Shown here piece after piece: positions 28,895-40,466 of a stretch of 64,000 nucleotides of DNA. The notes below the pieces were generated by a model. That model saw nothing but the letters and a program-made list of their open reading frames with translations, was not told the origin of the DNA and searched no databases. Where the stretch lies: the NCBI GenBank assembly GCA_013911645.1, contig JACESV010000005.1, positions 57,677 to 121,676 of the forward strand, written 5' to 3'. The stretch comes from Allomuricauda sp. (GTDB taxonomy: Bacteria; Bacteroidota; Bacteroidia; Flavobacteriales; Flavobacteriaceae). Numbering within the stretch: the first letter of the stretch is position 1; each line of letters opens with the position of its first letter. Both the position numbers and the translations under genes were made by a program.

Positions 28895-29830
28895 TTAAGC
28901 CTTTGGCAAGAATACTTCCGCCATCATACAACGGGCACTACCGCCTCCGCAAGTCTCAATAGTATCCAAAGGACTATGAATGATTGGGCTATGTTTTTCA
29001 ATAGCTTTGACCTGTTCATCGGTCAGACTGTTGTAGGCCTGAGTGCTCATCACCATATAACGCTGATCGTTAGCCCCGATTACCTGAAGCATGTTACCTG
29101 CAAAATGACACATTTGTTCCTCGGAAATGTTAATGACTTCCTTGCCATCCATTTTAATATGGTTGACCACATTTTTTCGTTCCTTTTTATCATCGATGGA
29201 ATCGAGACAGATTACCACAAATGTCTCCGCCATGGCCATCATTACGTTGGTATGATAAATAGGCAATCGTTCACCTTCAACGGTTTGGTTAGCATGGAAA
29301 ATAACAGGGAAGCAATCAAAATCTTCGCAAAATTCAATAAAAAGATCTTCATGGGCGCGTTCGGAAAGGGCACAATACGCTTTTTGGTTGACCCTATCCA
29401 ATAAAACACTGCCTGTTCCTTCCAAAAACACCCCCTCATCCTCAGCGGCTGTATAATCCATAATATTGCTGATGGCAAAACCGTTTTCCTCCAACAACTC
29501 AAAAACATCTTCTCTGCGTTCTTTTTTACGGTTTTCGGCAAACATGGGGTACACGCAAACAATCCCGTTCTCGTGAAAGGAAACCCAGTTGTTCGGAAAA
29601 ATGGAATCTGGTGTGTCACGCTCCATATCATCGTTTATGGTAATCACGTTAACACCATGTTCCCGAAGAATCTTTACAAACTGGTCGAACTCTTGCTGCG
29701 CTTTTTTATTGATTTCAACATTTTTAAGATGTGGATTTTCCTGAAAATAATTGTTGACAGCGGTTTGCTCGTTCATCCTAAAGTTTACGGGACGCACCAT
29801 AAGAATGGTGTTTGTAATCTGCTTTCTCAA
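28895..29830 (-). CDS. ctlX: amidinotransferase-superfamily citrulline utilization hydrolase CtlX
   Basis: DTPDSIFPNNW, LEGTGS, IYHTNVMM and GGGSARCM motifs. Confidence 0.85.
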   Translation of the reverse strand: MRKQITNTILMVRPVNFRMNEQTAVNNYFQENPHLKNVEINKKAQQEFDQFVKILREHGVNVITINDDMERDTPDSIFPNNWVSFHENGIVCVYPMFAENRKKERREDVFELLEENGFAISNIMDYTAAEDEGVFLEGTGSVLLDRVNQKAYCALSERAHEDLFIEFCEDFDCFPVIFHANQTVEGERLPIYHTNVMMAMAETFVVICLDSIDDKKERKNVVNHIKMDGKEVINISEEQMCHFAGNMLQVIGANDQRYMVMSTQAYNSLTDEQVKAIEKHSPIIHSPLDTIETCGGGSARCMMAEVFLPKA

Positions 29831-29882
29831 TGCTTTAACTGTTTTGGTTATACCTGTGGCAGCAGGATGTAGGGTTTAAAAA

Positions 29883-30797
29883 TTATACTCTTATTAAAGG
29901 CATGGTGCTACAACGCAATAGGCCTTCTTGCTTGGCGATTTCTGCATAGGGAATCTCTTCAACGGTGAATCCTTGGTCTCGAAGCCAATTGTTAAGTCGG
30001 GTAAAACTCTTTTCCGAAACTACCACCTCAGGTGATATGGAAAAAACATTGCTGAACATTTGGTACATTTCTTCTTTATCGATCTCAAAGATATTCTCTG
30101 GCCCAAAGAAATCTACCAAATACTGGTATTCCTGTTCTACCAAGAATCCATTTTTATGCAAAATGGCTTTGTCCTTGCCCACGGGTTGAAAACAACAATC
30201 CAAATGCAGTGCATTCTCCTTGGGGTCGGTATTGGATTTTCTGAGTTCAAAGGATTTTATGGTTTTATGGGGAAACATATCCCGAATAAATTCTACTGCT
30301 TCCCTATTGGTCCGTGCTGTAATATAACTTGCGTAATCTGCGCCTGAATAGGTCCCGATAAAAATATGGTCGTTCCAGGGCATTACATCACCCCCTTCTA
30401 TATGTACTTCTTCTGGTGGACGAATTATCTTTTTGGGATCTATTTTATCCAATACATTATGAATGGCCACAAATTCACGCTCCCTATCGGGCAAAATATT
30501 GGCATGAAACAGTTTATCCTCTATAACAAAGGCAATATCTCTTGCGAATATCTGGTTGCAATCCTTAAGTACTTCCGGTCTATAAACATCCACCCCATAT
30601 TTATCGAAAACTCGGGCAAAGCCTTCCATTTCTTTAACCATATCCGCTTCTTTGGGATAGGTTCCGGCCTTAATATGCTCTATGGATTTAGGATCGTATG
30701 CCTCATCTATAGTAGGTATAGGTCCGCTACTTTGGGCCGTTCCCAAAATAACGGCTCTTAGTTTACTGGTCTCATCAACAATGTTCAATTCTATCAT
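29883..30797 (-). CDS. dimethylarginine dimethylaminohydrolase/arginine deiminase-like amidinotransferase
   Basis: QIFARD, EGGD, LHLDC and GLLRCSTMPL (catalytic Cys); start ATG 30797. Confidence 0.85.
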   Translation of the reverse strand: MIELNIVDETSKLRAVILGTAQSSGPIPTIDEAYDPKSIEHIKAGTYPKEADMVKEMEGFARVFDKYGVDVYRPEVLKDCNQIFARDIAFVIEDKLFHANILPDREREFVAIHNVLDKIDPKKIIRPPEEVHIEGGDVMPWNDHIFIGTYSGADYASYITARTNREAVEFIRDMFPHKTIKSFELRKSNTDPKENALHLDCCFQPVGKDKAILHKNGFLVEQEYQYLVDFFGPENIFEIDKEEMYQMFSNVFSISPEVVVSEKSFTRLNNWLRDQGFTVEEIPYAEIAKQEGLLRCSTMPLIRV

Positions 30798-30865
30798 ACA
30801 CGATTCATTTATGGCCAAAAAACCGGCCGTAGAAAGTGATAAGGATAATCCTTGGAATACGATGG

Positions 30866-30873
30866 CAAATCTA
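30866..30873 (-). promoter_or_regulatory. -7 element TAGATTTG for the amidinotransferase pair
   Basis: Reverse complement of CAAATCTA. Confidence 0.5.
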
Positions 30874-31050
30874 GTGTTTTACTTCAATTTCCTCCTTGTT
30901 AAATGATAAAATTACCTACTTTATTTAAGGTTTTACATTATGGAAACGAAGGAATATAATTTTTAATCAATGATTTGTATATCAAATGATTAAAATGAAA
31001 ATAAAATTCAAGAAACTGACTTTTATCAGGTTTTTGTTTTTATTAATTAT

Positions 31051-31058
31051 TACATTTG
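31051..31058 (+). promoter_or_regulatory. -7 element TACATTTG for the orphan gene
   Basis: TAnnTTTG match 20 nt before ATG 31079. Confidence 0.55.
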
Positions 31059-31078
31059 CAATAAGATTTTTCTTACAT

Positions 31079-31531
31079 ATGAAAAAATTGTTATTTACAT
31101 CAGTTCTGCTAGCTTCAGTGTTCATTACATTGAGCGGGATGAATGCGTTTCAAAAAATGGAAGATTTTAACTTTAATTCCAAAGAACAGATGGAATCTGT
31201 TTACGCTGTAAAATATGATGATTGTATCACGGAGAGTGATTTTCCTGGAGGTTACCTATCTATAAATCGGGATACCGATCAAGATGTAGATTGGAATATT
31301 ATGAAGGTAGACCAATCCATTAACAAATATCGTAAATCTTTAGAGTCGACTTTGAAGAATTTAAGTACTGTGGATGCACATGATTTTATTCATCAAACAT
31401 TTCAAAAGGCGAAAAGTTCCATGGAAAATGACAATACCTCTGATATACAGAAACATTACTTTAGAGGCGTTATGCGAATATGCTATGACAAAGACAAGGA
31501 TTTAAATCAAAATAGCATAACCATACTATAG
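31079..31531 (+). CDS. hypothetical secreted protein (AT-rich orphan, 150 aa)
   Basis: Signal peptide MKKLLFTSVLLASVFITLSG, own promoter element and terminator; no recognisable domain. Confidence 0.65.
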   Translation: MKKLLFTSVLLASVFITLSGMNAFQKMEDFNFNSKEQMESVYAVKYDDCITESDFPGGYLSINRDTDQDVDWNIMKVDQSINKYRKSLESTLKNLSTVDAHDFIHQTFQKAKSSMENDNTSDIQKHYFRGVMRICYDKDKDLNQNSITIL

Positions 31532-31541
31532 TTCCCCCACA

Positions 31542-31570
31542 AAAAAAGGGGCGATATTCGCCCCTTTTTT
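31542..31570. terminator. bidirectional intrinsic terminator (gltA / orphan)
   Basis: AAAAAAGGGGCGA-TAT-TCGCCCCTTTTTT. Confidence 0.85.
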
Positions 31571-31589
31571 ATTCTTTTCGTCCCAAATC

Positions 31590-32873
31590 TTATCTTTTTT
31601 CCAACGGAACAAAGCTTCTCAGGTTTTCCCCTATATAAACTTGTCTTGGTCTTCCAATGGGTTCTTTTCTAAGTCTCATTTCTCTCCATTGCGCAATCCA
31701 TCCTGGCAATCTGCCAAGAGCGAACATTACGGTAAACATTTCTGTGGGTATGCCCAAAGCGCGGTAAATAATTCCTGAGTAGAAATCTACATTGGGGTAT
31801 AGTTTTCTATCTACAAAGTAGCTGTCTTCCAAGGCTTCTTTTTCCAATCCTTTGGCAATGTCCAAAATAGGGTCTTCAATACCTAGGTTGCCCAATACTT
31901 CGTCAGCTGATTTTTTAATGATCTTGGCTCTTGGATCAAAGTTTTTGTAAACACGGTGTCCAAAGCCCATTAATCTGAATGGATCATTCTTATCCTTGGC
32001 CTTGGCCATATATTTTTTGGTATCACCTCCATCGACTTCAATCGCCTCCAACATTTCCAAAACAGCCTGATTGGCACCTCCGTGCAGTGGTCCCCAAAGC
32101 GCGGAAATACCCGCGGAAAGTGAAGCAAAAAGTCCTGCATGTGAGGAACCAACAATACGTACAGTGGATGTAGAACAGTTTTGTTCGTGATCTGCGTGCA
32201 AAATCAATAATTTGTCCAAGGCATCAATGGCAATCCTATCTCTCTTATACTCTTGGTTTGGCCTTTTAAACATCATTTTATGAATGTTCTCGACATAACC
32301 GAGGCTATCATCGCCATAATCCAAAGGAAGCCCTTTTTTCTTGCGCATGGTCCAAGCCACCAATACCGGGAACTTTGCCAATATACGGACAATGGAGTTG
32401 TACATGGCCGATTCGGATGACACGTCTACACAAGATGGGTTGAAGGCCACCAATGCACTGGTCAACGAAGATAACACGCCCATTGGGTGTGCCGATTTTG
32501 GAAACCCGTCCAAAATCTTTTTCATTTCTTCATCCACCTGCGACTCTTCTTTAATATCGCTATGGAATTTTTCCAGCTGTTCCTTGTTTGGCAGTTCACC
32601 AAAAATCAAAAGGTAGGCTACTTCCAAAAAGTCGGCTTTCTCGGCTAAATCTTCAATTGAATATCCTCGATACCTCAAGATTCCCTGCTCGCCGTTTAGG
32701 AAGGTAATGGCACTTTCACACGATCCGGTATTTTTGTAACCGGGATCTATAGTCACCATTCCTGTTGAGGCCCTCAAGGTTTTAATATCTATGGCCAATT
32801 CATCTTCAGTACCTTTGATAACGGGGAATTCATACCTTTTTCCCCCATATTCGAGTATAGCTTTATCCGACAT
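31590..32873 (-). CDS. gltA: citrate synthase (true start ATG 32873)
   Basis: DPGYKNTGSC, ADHEQNCST, GPLHGGAN, GFGHRVY and YPNVDFYSG motifs. Confidence 0.97.
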   Translation of the reverse strand: MSDKAILEYGGKRYEFPVIKGTEDELAIDIKTLRASTGMVTIDPGYKNTGSCESAITFLNGEQGILRYRGYSIEDLAEKADFLEVAYLLIFGELPNKEQLEKFHSDIKEESQVDEEMKKILDGFPKSAHPMGVLSSLTSALVAFNPSCVDVSSESAMYNSIVRILAKFPVLVAWTMRKKKGLPLDYGDDSLGYVENIHKMMFKRPNQEYKRDRIAIDALDKLLILHADHEQNCSTSTVRIVGSSHAGLFASLSAGISALWGPLHGGANQAVLEMLEAIEVDGGDTKKYMAKAKDKNDPFRLMGFGHRVYKNFDPRAKIIKKSADEVLGNLGIEDPILDIAKGLEKEALEDSYFVDRKLYPNVDFYSGIIYRALGIPTEMFTVMFALGRLPGWIAQWREMRLRKEPIGRPRQVYIGENLRSFVPLEKR

Positions 32874-32992
32874 TTTATTTTTTAATAGATTAGTAAAAAT
32901 AGAAAGCGGAAAATACGAAAAACCGCAACCATTAACAATTTCCAACTGCTATTTGTGTTGATATTAACGCGAAAATGTTATAGAAAATTTAC

Positions 32993-34531
32993 TTAATCCA
33001 ACTTGTAAAGTAGTTTGTAATATTGATCAACGGATTTCTCCCATGTGAAGCGCTTTTTTCTTGCCGCGGCCTGTATTTTTTTCCAGGTTGGCTTATCATT
33101 TTCAAACACATCCAGAGCTACATCCAAAGCTTCCAACATGTTTTTTATTTTTTCATCGTAACTGTCCCCATCAAAGGCAAAACCAGTTTTCATATGCTCC
33201 ACCGTATCCTTTAACCCCCCTGTATGGTGTACCAAACAGGGATTGCCATTTCGCATGGCCAACATTTGACTAATGCCGCAGGGTTCAAAAAGACTGGGCA
33301 TAAAATATAGGTCGGACTCCAGATACATGGAGTCGATCAGCTTTTCCGACTGGCCATTGGTGAAAACAAAGTTCTTGTGTTCGTAGCTCAGTTTTCTGAA
33401 GAGTTCCTCATACTCCGGTGCTCCGGTTCCCAACAGCATAAAAATACCATCGACCCGTTCCAACTTTTTTAATATTTCCACAAAGGCTTCTGGGGAGCGC
33501 ATAAAAAAATAAAATTTTTGCTCCGTTAATCGAGCAACGCTGGATGCAATGAATTTTGGTCGCTTTTCCACAAAATCCATGATTTTTTCTCCGGTATGCG
33601 CCAAAAAATCAGCTTTGTACTTTTTGGATTCTTCCTGCAACCACATAAACAAGGCCTTAACGGTATTCCTGTATATATTGCCTTTCTTCTCTTTGTTGAT
33701 GTTCTTGTAGTTACATCCATTTAAAATACCGAACAAGCGTCCTTCTTGGTCCGCGTTTTGTAAATCTTTTTCCAATCCCTCACCTCCAATAAATTCCGGA
33801 GGCGAACTTGGCAACAGCACATCTTCTTTATATGATGGTGAAACAGTGTGCACGGCGTCGGCAAAACGGATGCCTACTGCCATTAGGTTGATACAATCCT
33901 GGTATCTGTAATCCATCAATTTTTGATAATCCAAGGGTACGTTGGGGAACCAGTTTTTTAAGGATGAGTAGTTTCCCCCAAACGGGCGTATGCCCTGAAT
34001 GGCCAAATTATGAATGCTATATACAATTCGTATATCCTTTAGATTGCTGTATTCCGGGTGATACTCCCTTAAAAACAACAACAAACTGGAGTGCCAGTCG
34101 TGCAGGTGTACTATTTCTACATCTCCAAAAGCACCCTGCTTAATAGCCTCGGCCACCGCCGTACAAAAAATAAAATACTTGATGGCATCGGTGTAGAACG
34201 GTTCCTCTGGGTCGTTATGATAGATGTGTGCAATATCACCGGCCTCAATTTCTGGATGATGCAGTACATAATGGAAAATATTTGGGAACTCTTTTTTAGG
34301 TTTCACCTCATATAATTCTGCTGTGTAGCTTAAGCCCCGTAGCGTAAAGTTTAAGGTAGTTCTGGGCAATCCTCCATGATGCAGTCTTGAATAGGCCGGG
34401 ACCACAACATGCACCTTGTCTCCCCGATCCGAAATTTGCCTGGGCACATCCCGAACCACGTCGCCCATACCGCCCGCTTTACAATTTTCCAAAGCATCAT
34501 TTTCGGCGGCAACAAAAAGAAAGTTATTCAT
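32993..34531 (-). CDS. glgA: glycogen/starch synthase (GT5)
   Basis: KAGGMGDV, HLHDWH, HNLAIQG, GILNG and MPSLFEPCGISQM motifs. Confidence 0.9.
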   Translation of the reverse strand: MNNFLFVAAENDALENCKAGGMGDVVRDVPRQISDRGDKVHVVVPAYSRLHHGGLPRTTLNFTLRGLSYTAELYEVKPKKEFPNIFHYVLHHPEIEAGDIAHIYHNDPEEPFYTDAIKYFIFCTAVAEAIKQGAFGDVEIVHLHDWHSSLLLFLREYHPEYSNLKDIRIVYSIHNLAIQGIRPFGGNYSSLKNWFPNVPLDYQKLMDYRYQDCINLMAVGIRFADAVHTVSPSYKEDVLLPSSPPEFIGGEGLEKDLQNADQEGRLFGILNGCNYKNINKEKKGNIYRNTVKALFMWLQEESKKYKADFLAHTGEKIMDFVEKRPKFIASSVARLTEQKFYFFMRSPEAFVEILKKLERVDGIFMLLGTGAPEYEELFRKLSYEHKNFVFTNGQSEKLIDSMYLESDLYFMPSLFEPCGISQMLAMRNGNPCLVHHTGGLKDTVEHMKTGFAFDGDSYDEKIKNMLEALDVALDVFENDKPTWKKIQAAARKKRFTWEKSVDQYYKLLYKLD

Positions 34532-34594
34532 GCGGGAGAATTTAAGGTAGTTTAGTGAACCATTAAGTTAACCAAACTTTGTTATTGAAACAAA

Positions 34595-34626
34595 AAAAAG
34601 CCTTTCCCATTTGAGAAAGGCTTTTT
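34595..34626 (-). terminator. eno terminator
   Basis: AAAAAGCCTTTC ... GAAAGGCTTTTT hairpin with an A8 tract (U-tract on the minus strand). Confidence 0.8.
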
Positions 34627-34647
34627 GTATGCTAATAATGATTATGC

Positions 34648-35946
<1,299 letters not shown>

Positions 35947-36057
35947 TCAATGTTTTTAGTTGTGATTATTGGGCTAAGATACAAAAGGTAGCGTTTTTTA
36001 CTCCATGATAATACGCACAAAACATACTTAATTGCTTAAAAACAAAACTATAACGTT

Positions 36058-37170
36058 TTAGTTTTTACTGGCCTTGATCAAATCGAAGAACTGGTCGAAC
36101 AGATAATCTGCATCGTGTGGACCTGGACTTGCTTCTGGGTGATATTGTACCGAGAATACATCCTTGTTCTTCATTTTGATACCTGCCACCGTTTGATCGT
36201 TCAAATGGGTGTGGGTAATCTCCAATTCAGCGTTTGCTTCGGTCTCTTCCCTATTTACCGCAAATCCATGGTTTTGAGAGGTGATTTCCCCTTTTCCTGT
36301 CATCAAGTTTAAAATTGGGTGGTTTATTCCTCTGTGCCCGTTGTGCATTTTATAGGTGGAAACGCCATTGGCCAAAGCCAATACTTGATGTCCCAAGCAA
36401 ATCCCGAACAAGGGCTTGTCGGAGGCAATTATTTCTTTGGTGGCTGCCACGGCATCGGTTAAAGGTTCTGGATCTCCAGGTCCATTGGATATAAAAAAGC
36501 CATCGGGATTCCACTCCTTCATTTCCTGGTAAGATGAATTGTACGGAAACACTTTGATGTAAGCTCCTCTCTTCGCCAAATTCCTCAAAATGTTCTTTTT
36601 AATACCGATATCCAAAGCAGAAATTTTGATTTCTGCATTTTCATCTCCATAGAAATAGGGCTCTTTTGTTGATACTTTGGATGAAAGCTCCAAGCCTTCC
36701 ATACTTGGCACTTGTTTCAACTCTTCTTTCAACGCGTCAATATCGTCCACTTTTGTGGAGATCAATGCGTTCATGGCACCATTGTCCCTAATGTAGCAAA
36801 CCAAAGCGCGGGTATCCACATCGGAAATGGCCAACAGGTTGTTCTTATCCAAGAATTCCAAAAGACTCATTTTGGCATCTGGCCTTGAATATTCATAACT
36901 GAAATTTTTACAGATGAGACCTGCAATCTTTACAGAATCAGATTCCACTTCATCTTCGTGGGCACCATAGTTACCAATGTGTGCATTGGTGGTCACCATC
37001 AATTGACCGTAGTAAGATGGATCAGTGAAAATTTCCTGATAGCCAGTCATTCCGGTATTGAAACATACTTCCCCTACCGCGGTACCTTCTCTTCCCCCAA
37101 CGGCCTTGCCATAAAAAATGGTTCCGTCCGCTAACAAAATCAACGCTTTTTTCTTTGTGTGATACTTCAT
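36058..37170 (-). CDS. carA: carbamoyl-phosphate synthase small subunit
   Basis: FNTGMTGYQE, SNGPGDP, GICLGHQ and QYHPEASPGPHD motifs. Confidence 0.97.
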   Translation of the reverse strand: MKYHTKKKALILLADGTIFYGKAVGGREGTAVGEVCFNTGMTGYQEIFTDPSYYGQLMVTTNAHIGNYGAHEDEVESDSVKIAGLICKNFSYEYSRPDAKMSLLEFLDKNNLLAISDVDTRALVCYIRDNGAMNALISTKVDDIDALKEELKQVPSMEGLELSSKVSTKEPYFYGDENAEIKISALDIGIKKNILRNLAKRGAYIKVFPYNSSYQEMKEWNPDGFFISNGPGDPEPLTDAVAATKEIIASDKPLFGICLGHQVLALANGVSTYKMHNGHRGINHPILNLMTGKGEITSQNHGFAVNREETEANAELEITHTHLNDQTVAGIKMKNKDVFSVQYHPEASPGPHDADYLFDQFFDLIKASKN

Positions 37171-37205
37171 TTTGTGCTCTAGTTTCAGTTAAGATAAAAA
37201 AACAT

Positions 37206-37237
37206 AAAAAAAGGATAAGTTTTCACTTATCCTTTTT
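37206..37237 (-). terminator. terminator of the alpha operon (after rplQ)
   Basis: AAAAAGGATAAGT-TTTC-ACTTATCCTTTTT. Confidence 0.85.
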
Positions 37238-37267
37238 CCTAAAATATAATAGTTAATATCATTCTTC

Positions 37268-37774
37268 TTATTCTTCAGAATCGTCAGTTTTGGTTTCAGC
37301 TGCTGGAGCTGGTGTCTCAGCCTTCTTGGCGCCTCCGCCTCCTCTTCTACTTCTTCTTGTCGATTTCTTCTTAGGCTTACCTGCGTTGTATAGCTCGTTG
37401 AAATCTACCAACTCGATCATCGCCATGTCAGCGTTATCACCCAAACGGTTACCCAATTTAATGATTCTTGTGTAACCTCCCGGTCTGTCACCTACTTTTT
37501 CGGCAACTGTGCTGAACAATTCTGTTACTGCCTCTTTGCTTCGCAAGTTACTAAAAACAACCCTTCTGTTGTGTGTACCTTTCTCGGTAGTCTTGTTGTT
37601 CTCAATCTTCGCTTTTGTGATCAAAGGCTCGATAAACTGTTTCAACGCCTTGGCTTTTGCAACAGTGGTGTTGATTCTTTTATGCTCAATTAGGGAACTT
37701 CCCATATTGGCCAACATGGCTTTTCTGTGGGCGGCTGTTCTACCTAAATGATTAAACTTCTTTCCGTGTCTCAT
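37268..37774 (-). CDS. rplQ: 50S ribosomal protein L17
   Basis: [17 protein letters not shown] and [10 protein letters not shown], with a Lys/Ala-rich C-tail. Confidence 0.98.
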   Translation of the reverse strand: MRHGKKFNHLGRTAAHRKAMLANMGSSLIEHKRINTTVAKAKALKQFIEPLITKAKIENNKTTEKGTHNRRVVFSNLRSKEAVTELFSTVAEKVGDRPGGYTRIIKLGNRLGDNADMAMIELVDFNELYNAGKPKKKSTRRSRRGGGGAKKAETPAPAAETKTDDSEE

Positions 37775-37786
37775 TGTTCTAAGTTA

Positions 37787-37831
37787 TCATCTTGCTACCA
37801 AATCCCAAGCAATCAGGAGAGCAAAATATGA
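37787..37831 (-). promoter_or_regulatory. structured rpoA-rplQ intergenic hairpin (candidate L17 leader)
   Basis: Outer stem UCAU(AU)UUUGCU/AGCAAGAUGA and inner stem UCCUGA-UUGC-UUGGGA, ending 12 nt before the rplQ ATG. Confidence 0.45.
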
Positions 37832-37834
37832 TTA

Positions 37835-38827
37835 TTAATCTTTATCTAATTTGTATTTGGAAAGGTCCATACCAAATTGCAGGCCTTTGTTGATTACCAA
37901 TTCTTCCAATTCGGTCAATGATTTTTTACCGAAGTTTCTGAACTTCATCAAGTCGTTTTTGTTGAAGGAAACCAAATCTCCCAAAGTATCCACCTCGGCA
38001 GCCTTAAGACAGTTCAAAGCCCTTACGGACAAGTCCATGTCGACCAACTTGGTCTTTAACAACTGACGCATATGCAATGATTCCTCGTCGTATGTCTCGG
38101 TCTGGGCAATTTCATCAGCCTCAAGGGTGATACGCTCATCGGAGAACAACATAAAGTGGTGAATCAATACTTTAGCGGCTTCGGTCAAGGCATCTTTTGG
38201 GTGAATGGAACCATCGGTGATGATTTCGAAAATCAATTTTTCGTAATCGGTCTTTTGTTCTACCCTAAAGTTCTCGATGCTGTACTTTACATTCTTTACA
38301 GGAGTGTAAACAGAATCAACCGCAATGCTACCAAGTGGTGCATTGGATTTTTTGTTTTCCTCGGCAGGAACATAACCGCGACCTTTTTCGATAACGATCT
38401 CCATGTTGATGCTCACTTTGGGATCCATGTTGCAGATTACCAAATCTGGGTTCAACACTTGATATCCCGAAATAAATTTTTGGAAATCACCAGCGGTCAT
38501 TTGCTCTTTTCCGCTTACGGAAATTGATACAGTTTCGCTCTCAACATCATCAATCTGTCGTTTGAACCTAACTTGTTTAAGGTTCAGGATAATTTCCGTA
38601 ACGTCTTCAACCACGCCTGGTATAACAGAAAATTCATGTTCAACTCCATCTATGCGCACAGAAGTGATGGCAAAACCTTCCAAAGAGGAAAGTAAAACCC
38701 TTCTCAGCGCATTCCCAACTGTTAATCCATAACCAGGTTCCAAAGGGCGAAATTCAAATTTCCCTTCGAAATCTGTTGAATCGATCATTATAACTTTATC
38801 GGGCTTCTGAAAATTAAGTAATGCCAT
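37835..38827 (-). CDS. rpoA: RNA polymerase alpha subunit
   Basis: [21 protein letters not shown] and LSVRALNCL...NFGKKSL. Confidence 0.99.
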   Translation of the reverse strand: MALLNFQKPDKVIMIDSTDFEGKFEFRPLEPGYGLTVGNALRRVLLSSLEGFAITSVRIDGVEHEFSVIPGVVEDVTEIILNLKQVRFKRQIDDVESETVSISVSGKEQMTAGDFQKFISGYQVLNPDLVICNMDPKVSINMEIVIEKGRGYVPAEENKKSNAPLGSIAVDSVYTPVKNVKYSIENFRVEQKTDYEKLIFEIITDGSIHPKDALTEAAKVLIHHFMLFSDERITLEADEIAQTETYDEESLHMRQLLKTKLVDMDLSVRALNCLKAAEVDTLGDLVSFNKNDLMKFRNFGKKSLTELEELVINKGLQFGMDLSKYKLDKD

Positions 38828-38848
38828 AATTGGATTAATGTTGAATTC

Positions 38849-39454
38849 TTATTTAGAGTATAATTCGACGATCAGCTGCTCCTTGATGTTCTCAGGGATC
38901 TGAAGTCTTTCTGGGACGGCAACAAATGTACCTTCTTTCTTTTCAGAGTTCCATGTAATCCATTCGTAAACGCTGCTATTGTTAGCCAACGAGTCTACAA
39001 TGGATTGTACGGATTTTGATTTTTCCCTAACACCAACAACATCTCCTGCTTTTAGTGAATAGGATGGAATGTTTACTACCTCTCCGTTTACGGTAATATG
39101 ACGGTGCGACACCAATTGACGGGCTCCTCTTCTTGATGGGGAGATTCCCATTCTATACACCACGTTGTCCAAACGGGATTCGCACAATTGAAGCAAGATT
39201 TCACCAGCAACACCTTCTTTTCTTTTGGCTTGCACGAAAAGGTTACGGAATTGTTTCTCCAAAATACCGTAAGTGTATTTTGCCTTTTGCTTCTCCATCA
39301 ACTGGATTGCATATTCAGACTTTTTACCACGGCGTCTGTTGTTACCGTGTTGTCCTGGAGGGTAATTTTTCTTTTCGAATGACTTATCGTCTCCGAAAAT
39401 CGCTTCTCCAAACTTTCTAGCGATCTTTGTTTTTGGTCCTGTGTATCTTGCCAT
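38849..39454 (-). CDS. rpsD: 30S ribosomal protein S4
   Basis: [18 protein letters not shown] and LIVELYSK. Confidence 0.99.
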   Translation of the reverse strand: MARYTGPKTKIARKFGEAIFGDDKSFEKKNYPPGQHGNNRRRGKKSEYAIQLMEKQKAKYTYGILEKQFRNLFVQAKRKEGVAGEILLQLCESRLDNVVYRMGISPSRRGARQLVSHRHITVNGEVVNIPSYSLKAGDVVGVREKSKSVQSIVDSLANNSSVYEWITWNSEKKEGTFVAVPERLQIPENIKEQLIVELYSK

Positions 39455-39459
39455 CTTCT

Positions 39460-39545
39460 TTTAGTTTGAAAGTGCGATTATGAATTAAGGCTTATCCTTC
39501 GATAATCTAACTGCACCTTCGGGTGAAGACCCTTTTTGGGGGCCA
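39460..39545 (-). ncRNA. putative S4 (rpsD) autoregulatory leader
   Basis: 109-nt rpsK-rpsD gap with nested stems AAGGUGC/GCACUUU, GAUUAU/AUAAUC and AAGG/CCUU, plus a GGGU-CUUC-ACCC hairpin. Confidence 0.6.
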
Positions 39546-39563
39546 TTGATCTATTAATGATTA

Positions 39564-39956
39564 TTAAACTCTTCTTCTTTTTGGTGGTCTACAACCGTTG
39601 TGCGGAAGTGGAGTAACATCTACGATTTCCGTTACCTCGATTCCTGAGTTGTGAATGGAACGAATAGCGGATTCCCTACCGTTACCTGGTCCTTTTACGT
39701 ACACCTTTACTTTTCTCAGTCCTGCTTCGTGGGCAACTTTGGCGCAATCCTCTGCTGCAATCTGAGCTGCGTAGGGAGTGTTCTTTTTAGAGCCTCGGAA
39801 TCCCATTTTTCCAGCGGAAGACCATGAAATAACATCACCTTTCTTATTGGTAAGGGAAATAATGATGTTGTTGAAAGATGCAACAACGTGCGCCTCTCCG
39901 GTAGATTCCACGACTACTTTGCGCTTTTTAGCTGTTTTAGTACTTGCCTTTGCCAT
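39564..39956 (-). CDS. rpsK: 30S ribosomal protein S11
   Basis: ASFNNIII and [16 protein letters not shown]. Confidence 0.99.
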   Translation of the reverse strand: MAKASTKTAKKRKVVVESTGEAHVVASFNNIIISLTNKKGDVISWSSAGKMGFRGSKKNTPYAAQIAAEDCAKVAHEAGLRKVKVYVKGPGNGRESAIRSIHNSGIEVTEIVDVTPLPHNGCRPPKRRRV

Positions 39957-39968
39957 ACTACCTACTTA

Positions 39969-40343
39969 TTATTTAGTTGCTTTTTTCTTGTTGGCAACTG
40001 TTTTTCTTTTTCCTTTTCTGGTCCTAGAGTTGTTCTTGGTGCGTTGACCTCTTAATGGCAATCCAGATCTGTGACGAATTCCACGGTAACAACCAATATC
40101 CATCAAACGTTTGATGTTCATTGAGGTTTCTGAGCGAAGTTCACCTTCAATTGTGTAAGCTCCAACCGCTTCCCTGATTTTACCGATTTCATCATCGGTC
40201 CAATCGGAAACCTTGGTATCTTCACTTACTTGGGCTGCTGCCAAAATTTCTTGCGCCCTACTTTTACCTATACCGAAGATGTAGGTAAGCGAAATAACGC
40301 CACGCTTTTGTTTAGGTATATCTACCCCTGCAATTCTTGCCAT
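39969..40343 (-). CDS. rpsM: 30S ribosomal protein S13
   Basis: [10 protein letters not shown] and [12 protein letters not shown]. Confidence 0.99.
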   Translation of the reverse strand: MARIAGVDIPKQKRGVISLTYIFGIGKSRAQEILAAAQVSEDTKVSDWTDDEIGKIREAVGAYTIEGELRSETSMNIKRLMDIGCYRGIRHRSGLPLRGQRTKNNSRTRKGKRKTVANKKKATK

Positions 40344-40345
40344 AA

Positions 40346-40462
40346 TTACCCTTGTCTTTGTTTAAATCTAGGATTCTTTTTGTTGATTACGTACAATCTG
40401 CCCTTTCTGCGAACAATCTTGCAGTCGGCACTTCTCTTCTTTATTGATGCTCTTACTTTCAT
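40346..40462 (-). CDS. rpmJ: 50S ribosomal protein L36 (zinc-free type; missed by the ORF track)
   Basis: Hand translation [38 protein letters not shown]. Confidence 0.97.
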   Translation of the reverse strand: MKVRASIKKRSADCKIVRRKGRLYVINKKNPRFKQRQG

Positions 40463-40466
40463 GTAA

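Noticed and set aside
32993-34531. glgA without neighbouring glgC/glgB
   Set aside because: Glycogen genes are often dispersed, so absence from a 64-kb window is uninformative.
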